From positions 34,366,728 through 34,430,727 of the forward strand of contig NC_081370.1 of the NCBI RefSeq assembly GCF_030684315.1: a stretch of DNA of 64,000 nt, given 5' to 3'. This document shows positions 60,901 through 64,000 of the stretch, piece after piece. The DNA comes from Stegostoma tigrinum (Eukaryota). The notes beneath the pieces are model-generated. The model did not search any database. It was not told the DNA's origin and saw only the letters and a list, made by a program, of their open reading frames with translations. The position numbers were made by a program, and so were the translations under genes. Position 1 is the first letter of the stretch; every line of letters begins with the position of its first letter.

Positions 60901-61843
60901 AAGAAATTGAACGGTTTCTGGCTATGATATCTAGTGCTCTCCTTTCTACAATGAATTTATTTTATTGAACAAGTCTAAAATATTGAATTGAGTGGTTACA
61001 ACTTCAATTTGTTCTGAATTTCACTTTAGTATCAATCTTATTGTGTTTTACTTCTGGTCTCCTATTCTTCGGGTTGTTGTTGTGGTTGCTGTAATTGAGA
61101 AAAGATGCTTCCTAAATGCATACTTGGCCGGGCAACCAGATTTTAGCAGGATAAGGAAAATATCTCAAAACTACAGAATGAGGTAGAGAGGCATAGAAAT
61201 TTGGGAAAGGAATTCCAAAGCTTGAAGGCTAGCATTATGAAGTCAGAACAGCCCTTCTCATAGGAGAACTTTTCAGAATTTCAAAAAAAAAAGATCAGCA
61301 AATATCCAGGGTTAGAATGGATATTAGCTTATCATCTTTACTCAGCTACCTTGTATTTTGTAATTCAGATGCATAGTTAAGATCAAATATTTGTACAGTC
61401 ATTTGTAACTTTGCTAAGCAGATGCTTTTTTTTTGTTGTTTAAACATGAAATAAGTTTTAAAAACTTCAGTTTAGAACAAAGACCTAATGAAACAATCAA
61501 AATTTATGTTTTCCCATTTTGTTTTCCACAGCTGTCCCAAAATGTGATAATATAAAACTGTCACCAGAAACTCCGATTGTTGATGAACAAACAATGGCAT
61601 CTTGCAGAATATACTCATTCTTTCCAAAAAGCATTAAAGTTATCTGGAAAAAGGGTGATATTGTATCAAAGGAAGTGAATGCTGATGCTGAAGCAAACTA
61701 TGGAAAGGATGGCCTTTATTATTTCACAAGTCGTTTTGAATTCATTCCTTGTAGGGAAGATTTGGGGAAGGCATTAACTTGTGAATTCCAGCATGGAAGT
61801 ATCACTGGGTCCAGAAGAATTGAATGTGTACTGAATCAGTTAG
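42840..61843 (+). CDS. NCR3LG1-like: Gene B (3'-partial, 7 exons in window): B7-H6-like receptor, leader-V-C1-TM-(Ig)x3...
   Basis: Seven in-frame phase-1 exons. The last has a donor (G|gtaagt) and no stop, so the gene continues beyond the window. Confidence 0.9.
45610..45972 (+). CDS. NCR3LG1-like: Gene B Ig V-set exon, B7-H6-like (363 nt)
   Basis: ttgcag|AA..TCAG|gtaaga. Encodes DLIVSM..VVLEC..MGVQWF..YRKGA..GIASLFLP..EAGDYTCIVFITP, matching recalled B7-H6 V motifs (MGITWF, RPGA, GDASLRLP, EAGEYRCEVVVTP). Confidence 0.93.
47067..47161 (-). mobile_element. Short Penelope-like terminus with imperfect 14-bp TSD
   Basis: AGTCAGA(G/A)AGGACA at 47053 and 47162. Confidence 0.8.
47297..47617 (+). 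CDS. NCR3LG1-like: Gene B extracellular Ig C1 exon (321 nt)
   Basis: ttgcag|CC..AAAG|gtatgt. Motifs VKCDSVDFYP, NGTYSVSSRL and YICYVRHSSL; about 43/107 identical to gene A C1 by manual alignment. Confidence 0.95.
48795..49475 (-). mobile_element. CR1-like LINE 3' end
   Basis: Homologous to 18110-18800. Confidence 0.78.
51200..53950 (-). mobile_element. Very old CR1-like LINE remnant
   Basis: Scattered minus-strand motifs: LEHCVRFW at ~51600, YMDLQNSF at ~52220 and QHGFIQG at ~52320. Confidence 0.55.
54764..55092 (+). mobile_element. V-SINE (HE1-like)
   Basis: V-domain TGTGTGGAGTTTGCACATTCTCCCCGTGTCTG and a CR1-type tail. Confidence 0.85.
55581..55697 (+). CDS. NCR3LG1-like: Gene B transmembrane exon (117 nt)
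   Basis: caacag|AG..AAAG|gtaaca. Encodes EPEVVVPVGIITGCVILSILACTAVAGIGFFVYLKYLKK. Confidence 0.92.
56925..57356 (+). CDS. Gene B post-TM Ig domain 1 (432 nt; long insert, F-strand Cys replaced by Val)
   Basis: tttatag|TT..GGAA|gtaagt. Motifs MNCQISGYRP, ICW and LQVQVHH. Confidence 0.9.
60170..60547 (+). CDS. Gene B post-TM Ig C1-like domain 2 (378 nt)
   Basis: acaaag|TT..ACAG|gtacca. Motifs VTCPINGFKP, ITW and YICEVTHP. Confidence 0.9.
61532..61843 (+). CDS. Gene B post-TM Ig C1 domain 3 (312 nt)
   Basis: ccacag|CT..TTAG|gtaagt. Motifs ASCRIYSFFP, VIW, DGLY and LTCEFQH. Confidence 0.93.
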
Positions 61844-63339
61844 GTAAGTAAGATGTTTTGTTATTATTGACATTTTCTGAAATAAACATGACAGTGTTCA
61901 ATATGAAATGCACATGTGGTTGACTTTGTTAACTTTTTGTGAAACAAATGATTTTAGCGGAATCTATAAACTGGATTCATGCATGCATTTTAATCTCTGG
62001 ATTTTAGCCAAATTAATTAAATGCAGGCTTCCTATCCTTGCAAGCAGTCTTCAATGAAATGAAATTAGAACTTCAGTCAGTTCCTTGTTAACTTGAGCTC
62101 GGTAACCCTCAACTCAAAACAATTCATGACATAAACAGAAAACTAGCCAAAAATACTGTAATGTTGTCTCATGAGTGTATATAGTATACCATTATACCTT
62201 TAAGGGAAGCATTTATGGCATCATCAGTGTATCATAGCACGGAATTATAACCATATAAAGGCCTCAGTCCCCATCTTAACTGGGATCACTTGAAGCATGA
62301 AGTGATTGGAAGTGCAATGTTCTTCTGTATTCCCACAACTTAATGTTAGCCAAAACACTGATTTTTTTTTTTCTTTCCGTTCTTCATTCATGGGATATGG
62401 GTATAGCTGGCTTGGTCAGCATTTATTGTCCATCCCTAATTGCCTCTGGTAGTTAAAAGTCAACCACACTGCTGTGGGTCTGGTGTCACATGAAAGACAA
62501 GGTAAGGTGACAGATTTCCTCCTGTAAATGACATTAACAAACTCAGTTGGCAGTGGTTATATGGTTGCTGTTAGACTAGCTTTTTAATTCGAGGTTTTGT
62601 TTGTTTTTAATTGAACTCCAATTTCGACATCTGCCACGTCCTCAGAACTTGAGCCTGTGACAGGATTACAAATCCATTGATATTTTTTGCTATGCCACCA
62701 CTCCTCTGTATGCCTGTGAATGTTTGTACACATTGGCTAGGTGTAATTAACGTCTGTGGGATTGTTTAATGCCACATTACCTATTGCCAGTTTATGTTAC
62801 GAGGGATCACATAAGCAGTGTCATATCGGGCAAAATACCTGCAGGGGGCAAAATCACTTAAAATGTCAGAATGGATATTTGCAAAAAGTAAGAAAGGTAG
62901 AAAGTGAAGTTGAGCCTGCACAATCCTGGGAAGGCTGAATGGAGTTTGTTCCATAGCTGACTGTATTAGACTTGATATGCATTACTTGATATTAGTGGAG
63001 ACAATATTGGAAAAAAACAATTTCATCAAACAAAACTGACACTTACTTCTTGCAGGCCATCATTTTAAAACTAATGTGGAAATGAAGGTTTTGAATTACA
63101 TTGTATAATAATACAGAAACAAAAGAATGTACAGGCTAAGAAGTCCATGTTGATGTTTACGCGCAGCAGAAGTGTTTCTGCTCTCCCACTCTCCAATGTC
63201 CCCCTCTCCAAAAAGCAAAATGTTATTTGTCTAATGTTCTCAACATTGCCTTTATTTCTCTCACCATTTTGCATTATCCATCACCATCCATCTTTTAAAA
63301 TGAATTTGCTACAGTCACTTTCTGGTAATTTGCCCAATC

Positions 63340-63990
63340 TATTATTACCAGAAGGGTGAGGTGAAACACTTTAGGAGGAATAATAAGACAATGGAGTAAA
63401 TGATCAATGGTAGGATAGTAGGAAATATAGAGGGTCAGAGGAAATTTGGGGTTGCATGTCCACAGATCCTTGAAGGCAACAGGATGGTTGAATAAAGTAA
63501 TTATTAATGCCTGTGGGATAGTGACCTTTATTAGCTGAGGCATTGAATACAGGAGCAAGGAGATTACAGTGAAACTGTAAGTTGGGCCACAGCTGGAATA
63601 TGTTATGCAGTTCTGGCCGTTGTCCTACAGGAAGGATGCAATTGCATGAGAGAGAGTGCAAAGGAGGTTCATCAGAATGTTAATCTATGACACAAGAGCA
63701 GAAGGAGCCATTTGGTGCGTGGAGTCCATTCTACTATTTAATAAGATCATAGTTGAATTGATAATCCTCAATCCCTCTTTCCTGTCTTTTCCCTGTTACC
63801 CTTGATTTACTTACTGATTAAAATTCTTCTCGGCCTTGAATACATTCAGCAGCCTGACCTTTACAGCCTTTTGCAATAAAGAATTCTATAGATTCACCAG
63901 CACCTGAGAGAAGAAAAACTTTGCCATCTTTGAATTAAGTGAGTGACCCCTTACTCTGCAGTTATGCCCACCGTCCTGTTTCGAAAAGAG
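63340..63990. mobile_element. CR1-like LINE fragments (+ strand to ~63680, then - strand)
   Basis: LEYVMQFW..YRKDAIA.ERVQRRF remnant. Confidence 0.65.
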
Positions 63991-64000
63991 GAAATAATCT

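Overview
This is a eukaryotic window from a cartilaginous fish, inferred from its V-SINE/HE1-like SINEs, CR1-like LINEs and Penelope-like elements; it is probably a shark. It holds two tandem, + strand, intron-rich paralogous Ig-superfamily genes whose ectodomains resemble B7-H6 (NCR3LG1). Gene A lacks its leader and V exons, which lie upstream of the window. It runs C1 (2439-2759), TM (4243-4353), six C1-like Ig exons (10173-16836), a 48-nt exon with an ITIM consensus (17345-17392) and a last Ig exon with the stop codon (23519-23811). Gene B has an ISRE-containing CpG-rich promoter (~42640-42840), then leader, V, C1, TM and three post-TM Ig exons before it leaves the window. All introns are phase 1 and the exons splice in frame. 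The main oddity is topology: a type I membrane protein with about 800 aa of predicted cytoplasmic tail built from seven Ig C1-like domains. Four of the seven have lost the canonical disulfide, and the tail carries ITIM and dileucine-type motifs. The rest of the window is retroelement debris, including a near full-length Penelope-like element and many minimal hammerhead-ribozyme motifs. Exon models were derived by hand, without transcript evidence.
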